Source of the DNA: Tessaracoccus sp.
Lineage (GTDB): Bacteria > Actinomycetota > Actinomycetes > Propionibacteriales > Propionibacteriaceae
Length of the DNA: 64,000 nucleotides
Direction: 5' to 3'
Assembly: GCA_041393555.1 (NCBI GenBank)
Contig: JAWKJW010000021.1
Span: forward strand, 4,918 to 68,917
The notes under the pieces: generated by a model
The model's database searches: none
What the model was told of the DNA's origin: nothing
What the model saw: the letters and a program-made list of their open reading frames with translations, nothing else
In this document: positions 1 through 9,814 of the stretch, one piece after another
How positions within the stretch are numbered: position 1 is the first letter of the stretch
How the letters are laid out: each line of letters opens with the position of its first letter
Translations under genes and position numbers: made by a program

Positions 1-2547
1 GCTCATCACCATGGGCACCCGGTTGGGCGGCACTGACAGGATGGAGGCAACTCGTGGCAGGCTCAGCCGTTGGCCCGCCGCCGTGGACAGCGCGTCTACC
101 AGCCCCGCGATGGCGACATCGGTCACCGCGAGGCGTCCCGCCAGCTTTCTCTGCGCCTTGTAGGTCGAGGACGTCACGAGCGCGTCGCCGGTGCCGCCCT
201 GCGTGGGTTCTGGCACGGCGGAGAACAAGTCTGGTTGGGGCGAGTTTGATGGTGCGGTGGTCACCACTACTGCGGCTGTGGCTTGCACTGATGCGTTTGC
301 GTCCCACCAGACTGGCTCGGCGACGGGGGCGGCGGTCAAGGAGTGCGTCAGAGTGGTCGGCGCCAGCACGGCCACCGGCACCACCACCTCGGCGGGGGCT
401 GCTCCTCCGTGGTAGCCGGCCTTGAGCTGCCCGTAGCGCAGCCGCTCATTGACCGCGAGCACCGCGCGATGGTCTGTGGTTAGGACTCGGGCTCCCGACA
501 CTTCCACCTCGTCGGCCTCGGTTGGGGAGTCGACGGCGCGGTAGCGCGCGCCTAGGCCGGTGCCGCGTTGAATGCCACGTCGGCGTTCAACGACGTGCCC
601 GTGGTCGCTGGTCAGCACCACCAGCCGCCCCGCAGCTCGGGCAGCGCGGAGCAGGGGGCCGAGATGCTTGACGGTCTCGGCGGTCCAGTCGGTGCCGCCC
701 GGATCGGTGCGATCAAGGGCGTCGTCGATGGTGTTCAGTACGCAGCCCACCAGGCGGTAACGCTCGATGTCGCCGATGGCCAGCCGTACATCGTCGGCCA
801 GCGCGAAGCCTTGGCGGCCAGTGTCAAGGCTCTTCTTGTGGAAAAGAGGCGCCTCTCCCAGCCCGAACGAGGCAGCGTAGCCTCCGAACGTGCGGCGCTC
901 GGCGTCCTGCTGTCCGCGTGTGAGGCGTCCCGCCAGCAGCGACGCGCGGCTCACTTCGGTGACGCTCGGCAGCACCGCCAGAGCGGGTGTCCGTGTCTGT
1001 GCTCCTGGCATGAGGCATTCGACCATGCCGAACTCCAGGTCGGAGGTCGCATGCGAGAGGATCTCCGTCGCCGCGCCGGCGCTCATTCCGTCTAGGACCA
1101 GGAGCAGCGTCGGGTATTCCTTTGCCAGCTCCACCACACGGGGGAGCACGTGCTCCAGACCGAGAACGCCCGTCGGCTGTTCCGCGCAGCCCTCCCGAGC
1201 GAGTGCCTTAGCGAACTCCACGTCGTGTGTGTCACGGTGCTCCTGCACTGCGGCCAGCACAGACTCCAACCCTGCGGCCAGCACCGGGTCGTCCACCCCT
1301 GCTGCTGCATCGTTGACCGCCGAGTCCACCCACGCATCTACCAGCAGATGTCGTTGAGCCAACGCGGCGAGCGTCGTTGGCGCAGCCTCCCCAGACGCGC
1401 TCCGTAGCCAGCGCATCAGCCGTACTGCCGCCCGCGTGGGAGGCAGGCGGATGTCGTCGTCCACCAGCTCGTGATCGGTCACTCTCGCCCATGCCGACTC
1501 AAGTGACGAGGGGTTCGCTTCGGCTGCCGGGTCCAGGACGGATGCCAGGGCGCGTAGTCGCCGGGTCAGCCCGGAGCGCAGCAGACGCGATCCCTCAGCG
1601 AGGTGCTGCGCCTGCGCCTCCGTCATCAAGTCATCCGCGCGCACCAAGAGCCGTTGCGCGGTCTCCGTCGAGGCACGGCCGCCGAGCAAGCCGGAGACAA
1701 CGATCCGTGACAGGCGTCCCCCCGTGACCAACGCGTCCTGCGGAACGTCGCCCCACCGATGCTGGAGCCTGGCGAGCGCGAGGTCTGCCTCGTGGCGGGG
1801 GTGCGTCGTCAGCAGACAGTCCACCACCACGCCGAGCGGTACGAGGTCGGTCACCGTGCCGCTCTGTAGCAGGGAGGCGGCCATCGGCTTCGCCTCGCCC
1901 GACGTATCGGCTACCCAGTCCAGCAGTGCATCCACGGTGGCCTCGCCCGCATGCGAGCGTAGCCGTGCGATCCTGGACGGCAGCTCGGGGTCGGTCGACC
2001 AGTGGAGCACCGCTATCAGATCGATCGGGCCGGGTGGCAGCCCCAGCTCGGCGCGGGCAGCAGATGCTAGGGCGTGGTCACGAGTCAGCATTCCGGCGGG
2101 GGCCGGTGGCCAGCCATCGGGCGGGGTGAGTTCCAGCAGCCCGGACGCAACTTCGCGGGCGTCTGGCAGCTGAAGAAGGCGGGCGTCGATGGTGTGTGCG
2201 GCGAACGCTTGCTGCACCGCCTGCCAGGGATCGGGATGGCGAAGGCGCTGCCAGATGAGGTGGGAGAGTAAACCTGCCCCGAGGTCGGCATCGCTGCGGT
2301 CAGTGACCACCAACAACCAGCCATCGGGGTCGGCGGCCCGAATGGCCTCATGGATGGCCAGTGCGGATCCGGCGGGCGCGATCCGCACCTGCTGCGTGCC
2401 GTGCGGGAAGACGGCATCGCGCGTGGCCTCGGGGTGCGCGCGCACGCCGATCACCCCGCCGGGATACCCTTTCCCGCGCGCCTGATCGACGAAGGCACGG
2501 GCAATGGCCGGAGTGACCGGGGTAGCTGCGGCGATGTCGACGCTCAT
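1..2547 (-). CDS. pglZ: BREX type 2 phosphatase PglZ (3' end beyond window edge)
   Basis: ATG at 2547 overlaps the pglY stop (ATGA). The frame was open in the segments read by hand down to position 1. PglZ motifs LLVLDGMS, LTSDHGH and GYHGGAAPAEVVVP are present. Absent from the ORF track because there is no stop in the window. Confidence 0.92.
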   Translation of the reverse strand, partial: MSVDIAAATPVTPAIARAFVDQARGKGYPGGVIGVRAHPEATRDAVFPHGTQQVRIAPAGSALAIHEAIRAADPDGWLLVVTDRSDADLGAGLLSHLIWQRLRHPDPWQAVQQAFAAHTIDARLLQLPDAREVASGLLELTPPDGWPPAPAGMLTRDHALASAARAELGLPPGPIDLIAVLHWSTDPELPSRIARLRSHAGEATVDALLDWVADTSGEAKPMAASLLQSGTVTDLVPLGVVVDCLLTTHPRHEADLALARLQHRWGDVPQDALVTGGRLSRIVVSGLLGGRASTETAQRLLVRADDLMTEAQAQHLAEGSRLLRSGLTRRLRALASVLDPAAEANPSSLESAWARVTDHELVDDDIRLPPTRAAVRLMRWLRSASGEAAPTTLAALAQRHLLVDAWVDSAVNDAAAGVDDPVLAAGLESVLAAVQEHRDTHDVEFAKALAREGCAEQPTGVLGLEHVLPRVVELAKEYPTLLLVLDGMSAGAATEILSHATSDLEFGMVECLMPGAQTRTPALAVLPSVTEVSRASLLAGRLTRGQQDAERRTFGGYAASFGLGEAPLFHKKSLDTGRQGFALADDVRLAIGDIERYRLVGCVLNTIDDALDRTDPGGTDWTAETVKHLGPLLRAARAAGRLVVLTSDHGHVVERRRGIQRGTGLGARYRAVDSPTEADEVEVSGARVLTTDHRAVLAVNERLRYGQLKAGYHGGAAPAEVVVPVAVLAPTTLTHSLTAAPVAEPVWWDANASVQATAAVVVTTAPSNSPQPDLFSAVPEPTQGGTGDALVTSSTYKAQRKLAGRLAVTDVAIAGLVDALSTAAGQRLSLPRVASILSVPPNRVPMVMS

Positions 2548-5500
2548 TCGATCCGCCATTCCACCACCACGTTCGCCTCCGGGTGCTCGGCCACGAAGAG
2601 TTGCAGCCTCTCGGTGACCTCTCGCACCCCTCGCGATCCGCAGATGCGTGCCCGGCCGATGGCGGATGCCGGTGCCACGGGGTCAGGCTGGGCCGCTGCC
2701 TCCGTCGGCGAAGGGACGGGGGTAGCAGCGGTGAGCCAGTGGAACAGCTGGTCTTCGACCTGTCGCAGGGCGGGAACCAGAGGCGTGATGAACTCGTCGT
2801 CAAGCAGAACCTTGCGCAGGTGTGCCAGGACTCGCGCGGCGTCGTCCGCCCGAGCACCTTCGCCGGAGGCGGCTGAGGCGAGTGGGGCGAACCGTGTCCA
2901 GTCGTAGGCGCTGACCGAGCGGGCGACATCGGTGGAAGCGGTCAGCGATCTGCCCAGTTTGGTTGGCTCGGCAATGTCAGTCGTCGCCAGGCGACGAATC
3001 AGTTGCAGCCCGTGCAGGCTGCGCAGGGAGTCGCACAACTCAGCGGCCAACCTGGCAGTGGCGAGCCGAGCACCGCCGTCGAGTCGCAGTTGCGCTGCAG
3101 CACCCTCGAGAGCGGTGACGAGACGGCTGGCCGGGTCGGATAGTTTCAAGGCGTTGGCACGCACGTCATCGGCCAGCCTTGCCACGGCGGCCGGGGTGGC
3201 GTACTGGGTTCCAGAGACACCGAAGACGGCGCCTGCCAGCCGTGTGGCATCGACCCATTCCTGCTCGGTGGGCATGGGCTGGACCCGTAGTTCCATGTCG
3301 TCGCGCAGTGCGCCAGGTCTGGGCGTGTCGATGGTGTTGCCGAACTGATACCAGGCACGTCGGCGCAAGGCCGCCCAGGCGAGGATCACCAGGTCGGCCA
3401 CCTCGCGGGTGAGGCCCCGTTTGGGTTCCATCGCGGCGATCCAGCCTCGCATTTCACTCACCAGCACGGGGGCGTCGTTGTCCGCGTTGCGAGAGCCCAG
3501 GCGTCGCTCGAACTCCGGCCCCCAGATGGCGAAGTAGTCGTCGCCCATCAGGAAGTGGGTTTCTGTGGCCTTTCCAACGCCAAGCGGGTTGGCGATCCGT
3601 CGCGCAGCCGCCAGGTCGGGTCCGAGCGGTACGCGGTGCTGCGGGTCGGCCAGAGCCTGCTCGATGTAGCCATAGGTGACCTGGAGGTCGCGGACGCGCA
3701 CCTCCTGGTCACCGGGATCGAACTGCGGGTGCGCCGGGTAGGTGGCAGAGAACGCCTCTCGGACCAGGTATTCGAATGCCTGCCTCAACGTGCCGCCGGC
3801 GGATGGTCGTGGAGTGAAGCTGGGGGTCAGCGACGCGAGGACGTCAGGGTGGGCCGCGTCGTTGATCACGTCGTTTCCGCCCGCCGGTGACTCCACGTCG
3901 TAGGCCACCTGGATGGCCTGCCGCACGCGGTGCAAAAGTGCCTCCCGCTGTGACTGCAGGATGGTCTTGGCCTGCACGCGTCCCAACTCGGACAGATGGT
4001 CGGCGTGTTGCTCGTACCGGTCTCCGTTGCCCTCCAGGAGGTAGTTGAGGACCACCAAGCGGCTGACGTCGCGCATGCGCTCTTCGCTGAAGAACCGCGG
4101 CAGCCACACGATGGTGCGCTCGTCCCAGTTGCGCACGCGCATGGAATCGATCCGTGCCAGGTCTTCGGCGGCGGAGCGGCCGGGGTCGTCGAAGGGATGG
4201 TCGATGACGAATCGCCACCGGTCAGGGCCGGAGCGGAAATGGTCGTCGCTGAGCCAGCCTGGGTCACGAACATTGCCGAACACCATGTCCACGGTGCGGG
4301 GCGTGCCGCGCCAGACCACCTTGTGGTGGTAAGCGCCCAGCGGATCCTGCATCCCGAGCGGGCCCAGGCCCAAGTCCTCGGCGACGAGCTTCTTGATGAG
4401 ATCGCGTCGGCGCCCGTCGTTGTCTTCGCCGCGGGCCCGGTCTACCACCGACTCATAGTCCACGTCCGACAGTTGCACGGTGATGAGCGGATTGCGACCC
4501 TCGGTCTCCACCCGGATCTCGGGGGCTTGAGCTGCCCACTGCCGCACCTTGGACAGCACCACGCTGGCTTCCCCGTTGGGAAGGGGGGAGCGGATGGAGC
4601 CGTGGTTGAGAGAGGCCAAACGGCTGGCGGTGAGGCTCTTCAAGGCAGGCACATTGGGCGCGATACTGCTGAGCAACAGCGTCTTCGCCAGTCGCAGATC
4701 GCCCACGGCGGCCGGTGGCAGAGCGGTGGGCGAGACCAGATCGGCGGCGGTAAGGCCGTACGGCTCAAGGATCATCGGCAGTAGCTTCTCCTCGTACAGG
4801 GCGCTCGCCGCCCGGAACAGGGCGGCAGAGGCCTCATCGAGAGGCTGGTCGCCGGCGGCACCGGAGACGAGGTAGTCGAAGGCATCACCGACGGGGATGA
4901 CGTCGTCGATGGTGAGCGCGTCCCGGCGGTCGACTAGAAGCTGCTGCATCACCTTCAGGGCGGTGCGTTCCCGCTGCATGACGCCGGCCAGCGAACGCAG
5001 CGTCGAGACCAGAGCGGGGGAGAACGGATAGGTGAGGCGGAACTGCTTGGCGTCGGCTCCCCGGTGCCGATCATCGGTGTTCACTCCGTCGAGCAGCACA
5101 TCCCACGACTCGGCCTGCCGGTCCAGGGCCGCGAAGGCGCGGTCGATCTCGCGTGCCGCCTCCTCACTGCGGGGAGCCAGCAGGCGTTTGCTGGCCACAT
5201 AGGGAAGGTTGTCGTCGCCCAGCCGGATCTCGGGGAAACGGCCTTCCTGGAAGCGGAACGCCTGCTCCAGGGCCTGCTGCTCGGCCCCGCTGGCCCCGGA
5301 ATCTGCTAGCCATCGGCGCAGGTCCATCTGGCGGGCGATGAATGACACGAGCGGGACGCGGCGCCCGCCTTGGCCTCCCTCGACGAGCTTGCTGATCTTC
5401 TGGGCCTCCGCGCCGAAGAAGGCGTGGTCGCGGATGCGGAAGGCCAACCAGAGCACCAACTCGTCGAGGAACAGCACGACCGCGTCGTAGCCCAGGGATT

Positions 5501-6263
5501 GGGCATGGGCGGAGATGGCGGTTAGGCCCTCATCGAGGCCGACGTGCGAGGCGTGCTGGCTGTACGAGCTGAAGTAGCGCTCCTGCAGGGTGCTCACCAG
5601 CTCAGCCCGGTGCGGATCGTGGATGGACGCGGCGCGGGCGGCGTCGTAGCTCGCTGCGTCCCAGGTGGCGGCGCCGCCGAGGACGGCGCTCCAGGGGTCG
5701 GCCGTTTCGGTGCCCTCGTTGAGGCCGCCGAAGAATGCCTCGTCGCCGATCCGGGCACGCAGTGCATCCGCGTCCTCCAGCAGCCGAGCCGTCTGGTGGA
5801 GCAGCGGTGGGGTGGCATCGGGGTGCAGCTCGCCGATCTGGCGGAGGTAGCCGTCGAACAGCGCCTGCTCCAGCGAGTGCGCTCCGAGCAGATGGAACGT
5901 CAGTGGGAGCACCGTGCGGCTCTGGAGCTGCGGGTCATGCCGCGCGATGGGGGCGCTCAGCTCCGGGATGGCGCGTGCTTTGGGATGCTGTCTGAGCAAC
6001 GCGTACAGGACGGCCATGAAGTGGCTCTTACCCGAGCCGAACGAGCCGGTGAGGAACGCTCCCTTGCTGGTGTTGGTGGCGATCGCGTCGTTCACCACGC
6101 CCAGCGCCCGGTCGAAGGCGGTAGCGAGTTCCTCGGTGACCACGTAGTCGTCCAGCGTGTGAGCCAGGTGGGCATCGTCCACGCTCTCGGTAAGTCGCAG
6201 CACGTAATCGGCGGTGCTGGTGGTCTCCGGGATAGTAAAGATGTCGCGCAGCAAGGTGCTCAT
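2544..6263 (-). CDS. pglY: BREX type 2 ATPase PglY
   Basis: Likely start MSTLLRDIF overlaps the pglX stop. Walker A GSFGSGKS and Walker B VVLFLDE; lies between pglX and pglZ. Confidence 0.92.
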   Translation of the reverse strand: MSTLLRDIFTIPETTSTADYVLRLTESVDDAHLAHTLDDYVVTEELATAFDRALGVVNDAIATNTSKGAFLTGSFGSGKSHFMAVLYALLRQHPKARAIPELSAPIARHDPQLQSRTVLPLTFHLLGAHSLEQALFDGYLRQIGELHPDATPPLLHQTARLLEDADALRARIGDEAFFGGLNEGTETADPWSAVLGGAATWDAASYDAARAASIHDPHRAELVSTLQERYFSSYSQHASHVGLDEGLTAISAHAQSLGYDAVVLFLDELVLWLAFRIRDHAFFGAEAQKISKLVEGGQGGRRVPLVSFIARQMDLRRWLADSGASGAEQQALEQAFRFQEGRFPEIRLGDDNLPYVASKRLLAPRSEEAAREIDRAFAALDRQAESWDVLLDGVNTDDRHRGADAKQFRLTYPFSPALVSTLRSLAGVMQRERTALKVMQQLLVDRRDALTIDDVIPVGDAFDYLVSGAAGDQPLDEASAALFRAASALYEEKLLPMILEPYGLTAADLVSPTALPPAAVGDLRLAKTLLLSSIAPNVPALKSLTASRLASLNHGSIRSPLPNGEASVVLSKVRQWAAQAPEIRVETEGRNPLITVQLSDVDYESVVDRARGEDNDGRRRDLIKKLVAEDLGLGPLGMQDPLGAYHHKVVWRGTPRTVDMVFGNVRDPGWLSDDHFRSGPDRWRFVIDHPFDDPGRSAAEDLARIDSMRVRNWDERTIVWLPRFFSEERMRDVSRLVVLNYLLEGNGDRYEQHADHLSELGRVQAKTILQSQREALLHRVRQAIQVAYDVESPAGGNDVINDAAHPDVLASLTPSFTPRPSAGGTLRQAFEYLVREAFSATYPAHPQFDPGDQEVRVRDLQVTYGYIEQALADPQHRVPLGPDLAAARRIANPLGVGKATETHFLMGDDYFAIWGPEFERRLGSRNADNDAPVLVSEMRGWIAAMEPKRGLTREVADLVILAWAALRRRAWYQFGNTIDTPRPGALRDDMELRVQPMPTEQEWVDATRLAGAVFGVSGTQYATPAAVARLADDVRANALKLSDPASRLVTALEGAAAQLRLDGGARLATARLAAELCDSLRSLHGLQLIRRLATTDIAEPTKLGRSLTASTDVARSVSAYDWTRFAPLASAASGEGARADDAARVLAHLRKVLLDDEFITPLVPALRQVEDQLFHWLTAATPVPSPTEAAAQPDPVAPASAIGRARICGSRGVREVTERLQLFVAEHPEANVVVEWRIE

Positions 6264-9200
6264 CGGGCTGCCTCCTTCTTTGCTGAAGCCGCGCGGCGCC
6301 CGCGCGTGGGAGCGGGCGGACGCCAGGCGGCGAGATCGTCGACGGTAGCGCCGAGCGCGGCCAAATGGTCGCGCATCTGCCCACGCGAGAACTCCGCCGG
6401 GCTGAGGCCGAAGGTGGGGTCGATGGCGGAGTGCCACTGCTCCACCCAGGGCTGCAGCTCGGCCAGGCCGGCGACCAGCGGGATCAGGGTGTTTTCGGCA
6501 GCGCCGTCGGTGATCCGTTCGTGGAGGATGGTGGCCAGGGCCAGCGACTGCTGGGCGTGATCCCAGCCGGCCCAGCCGAGAAGCGGGGTGGGATCGGTCT
6601 CTCGCCCGCCGCCGGGGTACAGGATGAAGCGCTCCTTGGGCACGTCGAGTTTGCCCCGGTTGGCCCAGTAGGCGGGCTTGCGGAAGTCGGCGGAGCCATA
6701 CTTTGGCGGCACCGGGATGGTGCCGACATGCTCGCTGGCATCCTCCTTGCGTTGGAGCTGCCAGGTGCGTTGCCATTCGGCAAACTTTCGCAAACCAGAG
6801 TCCTTGAGGCGATGGGCGGCCAGGTACGGCACGGCCTCGTGGTCGACGAGCGAGGTGAGCGCGGAGACAAGATCACTGTCGCGGTGCCCTTGCCACAGAT
6901 CGACGACGGAGACGAACTCCTCGTCCCGGCCCAGGATGTCGGCCAGCTGGCCGATGGACCGTGGGCGCACCTGCCCCTGCGATGTGAACCACAGGGCGCG
7001 GTCCTCCAGCCGGTTGAGCAACCAGCCGCGCAGCGCCTTGTTAGCCTGCTCGGCGAACGGTTCGGTGGCCCACCGGCGCTTGTACTCGGGTGCCTCCAGC
7101 AGCCGCATGGCGTCCACCTGCTCGATGGCGTCGATCCGGCGCTGGACGAGGTCGCGGTAGTCGGCCGGCCAGTGTGCTGGAATCTGGGTGATCGGAGTGG
7201 AGCCGTGCCGGGAGAACCAGGTGGTGTCGTCCTCTCCCGCAGCGATTTTGCGTGCCAGCACGATCTCGAATGCACGCTCCCCGAGGCGCACCTCCGGCGG
7301 CTCACCGGCATAGACCAGGACTTCGTCCAGCAACCCGTAGGAGGCGTAGACCTCCCAATCGAGTTCCTCCTGGTGGGCGATCATCCGCCCCCGCAGCGAC
7401 GCCTGCTGGGCCTCGGCCCGGCCCAGCAGGTCGGGGGAGGGCGGAGCGGATTCGATCATCAATCCAACCTGAGCACCGGAGAGCTCTTGCGCCAGGTTGT
7501 CCAGTACGCGACCCCTGGCAAGTGGGAGCTTCTTGGGAAGCGGGAAGTCCTTGAGGGTCGTACCGGTGAACTCATAGCGATCCGACCAGGGCTGCTGGGA
7601 GACGCGAGCGCCGTCTTTGCCTACTGGATCGCCACCTTTGGGATAGCTGTTCTGTTTGAGCCAGAAGCACGCTGTCGATGAGTTCAGTACCCCCAACAGC
7701 TGGAGGTGGTCATCCTCGGTAGCTTCGGCGGGCAACTTGATCACCGGCGCAGAACGGTTGAATACCTTCCCGCCACGGTCGAGGACGAAATGGTTGTGTG
7801 TGGCGACGAAGGCGAAAGTGATAGAGAGTGGGATGCGGAGCTTACTGGTGGTTAGCCTTCCGTACTCAGTCCAGAGCAACCCTGTCTCGACCTTGGTTCT
7901 TCCCCCGAACATGATGTTGTTCCTGAGATTCGTCCGAACCGGCCACAGCCGCTTCAAGACGCCCGCCTCGGAGGCCGGATCAATGGGGTGCAAGTCCTCA
8001 GTGTAAGGAAAGATCGCTGCCGTATCGGGGGACTCAATCCAGTCCCGGATTTCATCGCCGAGAATCATCCACCGTATGAGGTGTGAGTTCATGGCTCGGG
8101 TTCGCAACGAGGCCCTCGGGGCGAGGTAGGCGTCGTCTTCCAGGGTGAATGATGTGATCCCAATCGAGGTGGCGCGATCAGAGAGATAGCTTGCGGAGGC
8201 CTGAAGTAGTGGGAGGAGGGCTGAGACGCCTCCGCCCGCGAGGCTCCAGGGGTGTCGTGCCAAGGACGTGCGGGCGAGGTCGGTGGTGGAGACCCAGTCC
8301 GTCTCAGAGTCAGGTAGATCGACAGTATTGAGGATTGAGGACCAGACTTGTGCGCTGGCTGGGTTGGACGGTCGGCCGGGCTCTCCCTGCTTTCCGAGCA
8401 CCGCACGGACGCGATCACTGGCGAGGTTCTGATTTCGGCCCACGATAATCACGGTCGGGGTGCCGTGCCCGGGGATGTATGCGCCAGAGGTGTCGATGAC
8501 CAGCCTCAGGTCGAGATTCGCGAGGAGGTCCTCCACCACCGGCACGCCGAACTCTCGCTTCATGAAGGCGTTAGAAGTGATCTGGCCAACCCAGCCAGCT
8601 TGAGTTGTTCCATCGCCGCGCTTGGCCAGCTTGAAGAGCAACTCCATGAATGGTGCCGTGAGCTGGTACTTGCCCTTGAGATGGTTGTACCGCTGGCGGT
8701 AGCCGGTGTTGAGGGCCTTGTCCTTGACCGTGATGTAAGGAGGGTTGGCCACCACGGCGTCGTATTGTCCGCGGGTCAGCGCGCGGACCAGGTCGGCTTT
8801 GTGTTCGGTGGAGTAGGCGAAGTCGCTGTCGTGGGAGATCAGCGAGTCTTGCTCGTGGGAGAACCACAGCGAGTCTCCGGCCAGCACGTTGATGGCGAAG
8901 CTGGGAGACTTTTCCAAAGAGGTCTGGCCGACGGCTTTCAACGCGGCGGCCGTGAGCCGGAACACCGCGATGGCGGCGGCGAAGGGATTGATGTCCACAC
9001 CCCACACCGAGGCGAGCGCGAGGTTCACGCGTTGGCGTGCGCCTAGCGCGGGCGCCTCCTTCTCCCAGCGCCCGAGGATGCGGTGGAAGGCGCCGAGGAG
9101 GAAGTGGCCTGAGCCGCAGGCCGGATCGATCAGCTTGAAGCCGTCGAGGGGACGATCATTGAGGCCCGAGTCCAGGGTGCGGTCGAGGATGAACTCTTCG

Positions 9201-9814
9201 ACAAACTCCGGGGTCTGCAGCAGGGCATAGGTCTTCTTGGCGTGCTCCGAGAGATCCTGGTAAAGGTCGCCGAGGAAGCGGGTATCCAGGTTGGGGTCGG
9301 TGAAGTCGTGCAACAGGGCACCGTTCTCGTCGCGCCGGCGCCAGAACTCCAGCAGCCGGGTGATAGCCTGGCCGGAGGGCGAGACGGTGTGCAGCATGGC
9401 CTGATCATCGACCAGGCCGGCGGTGGCGGACGTGGTGGCCAGATGATCGATCGCCTGTTCCACCCATTCGCGGTCGGTGTGCTCGGGGTTCTCGCGGAAG
9501 TAGGCGAGCTGTGCGTCCAGCGCCTCCTGCCGTCGTTCGGCTGGGCCAGAGATCCACACCGGACTGAGCAGCGCGTTGTCCTCGCAGAACCGCACGAACA
9601 CGGTGGTCAACACCCAGGAGACAGCAGCCTGAGTAATGCGGTCGTCGGCCCAGGCGGTGTAAGTGGCGGCGGTTCGATCGCCCGACGTGGCTGAGGTGTG
9701 TTCGCGACGCCACTCTTGATCGAACTCGGGCAGGGCGATCCGCTGACGCAGGTCGGCCTCAAGGGCGAGGACCTGCTTCTTCAGGTCGTCGACGAGGGCG
9801 GCAGGGCTGATCAC
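6260..9814 (-). CDS. pglX: BREX type 2 adenine-specific DNA methyltransferase PglX
   Basis: GTG start overlaps the pglW stop. SAM motif DPACGSGHFL, catalytic NPPY, and conserved C-terminal RGKLDVPKERF. Confidence 0.95.
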   Translation of the reverse strand: MISPAALVDDLKKQVLALEADLRQRIALPEFDQEWRREHTSATSGDRTAATYTAWADDRITQAAVSWVLTTVFVRFCEDNALLSPVWISGPAERRQEALDAQLAYFRENPEHTDREWVEQAIDHLATTSATAGLVDDQAMLHTVSPSGQAITRLLEFWRRRDENGALLHDFTDPNLDTRFLGDLYQDLSEHAKKTYALLQTPEFVEEFILDRTLDSGLNDRPLDGFKLIDPACGSGHFLLGAFHRILGRWEKEAPALGARQRVNLALASVWGVDINPFAAAIAVFRLTAAALKAVGQTSLEKSPSFAINVLAGDSLWFSHEQDSLISHDSDFAYSTEHKADLVRALTRGQYDAVVANPPYITVKDKALNTGYRQRYNHLKGKYQLTAPFMELLFKLAKRGDGTTQAGWVGQITSNAFMKREFGVPVVEDLLANLDLRLVIDTSGAYIPGHGTPTVIIVGRNQNLASDRVRAVLGKQGEPGRPSNPASAQVWSSILNTVDLPDSETDWVSTTDLARTSLARHPWSLAGGGVSALLPLLQASASYLSDRATSIGITSFTLEDDAYLAPRASLRTRAMNSHLIRWMILGDEIRDWIESPDTAAIFPYTEDLHPIDPASEAGVLKRLWPVRTNLRNNIMFGGRTKVETGLLWTEYGRLTTSKLRIPLSITFAFVATHNHFVLDRGGKVFNRSAPVIKLPAEATEDDHLQLLGVLNSSTACFWLKQNSYPKGGDPVGKDGARVSQQPWSDRYEFTGTTLKDFPLPKKLPLARGRVLDNLAQELSGAQVGLMIESAPPSPDLLGRAEAQQASLRGRMIAHQEELDWEVYASYGLLDEVLVYAGEPPEVRLGERAFEIVLARKIAAGEDDTTWFSRHGSTPITQIPAHWPADYRDLVQRRIDAIEQVDAMRLLEAPEYKRRWATEPFAEQANKALRGWLLNRLEDRALWFTSQGQVRPRSIGQLADILGRDEEFVSVVDLWQGHRDSDLVSALTSLVDHEAVPYLAAHRLKDSGLRKFAEWQRTWQLQRKEDASEHVGTIPVPPKYGSADFRKPAYWANRGKLDVPKERFILYPGGGRETDPTPLLGWAGWDHAQQSLALATILHERITDGAAENTLIPLVAGLAELQPWVEQWHSAIDPTFGLSPAEFSRGQMRDHLAALGATVDDLAAWRPPAPTRGRRAASAKKEAAR

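Noticed and set aside
6264-6776. N-terminal extension of PglY
   Set aside because: It overlaps pglX out of frame; the coupled ATG at 6263 is a better start.
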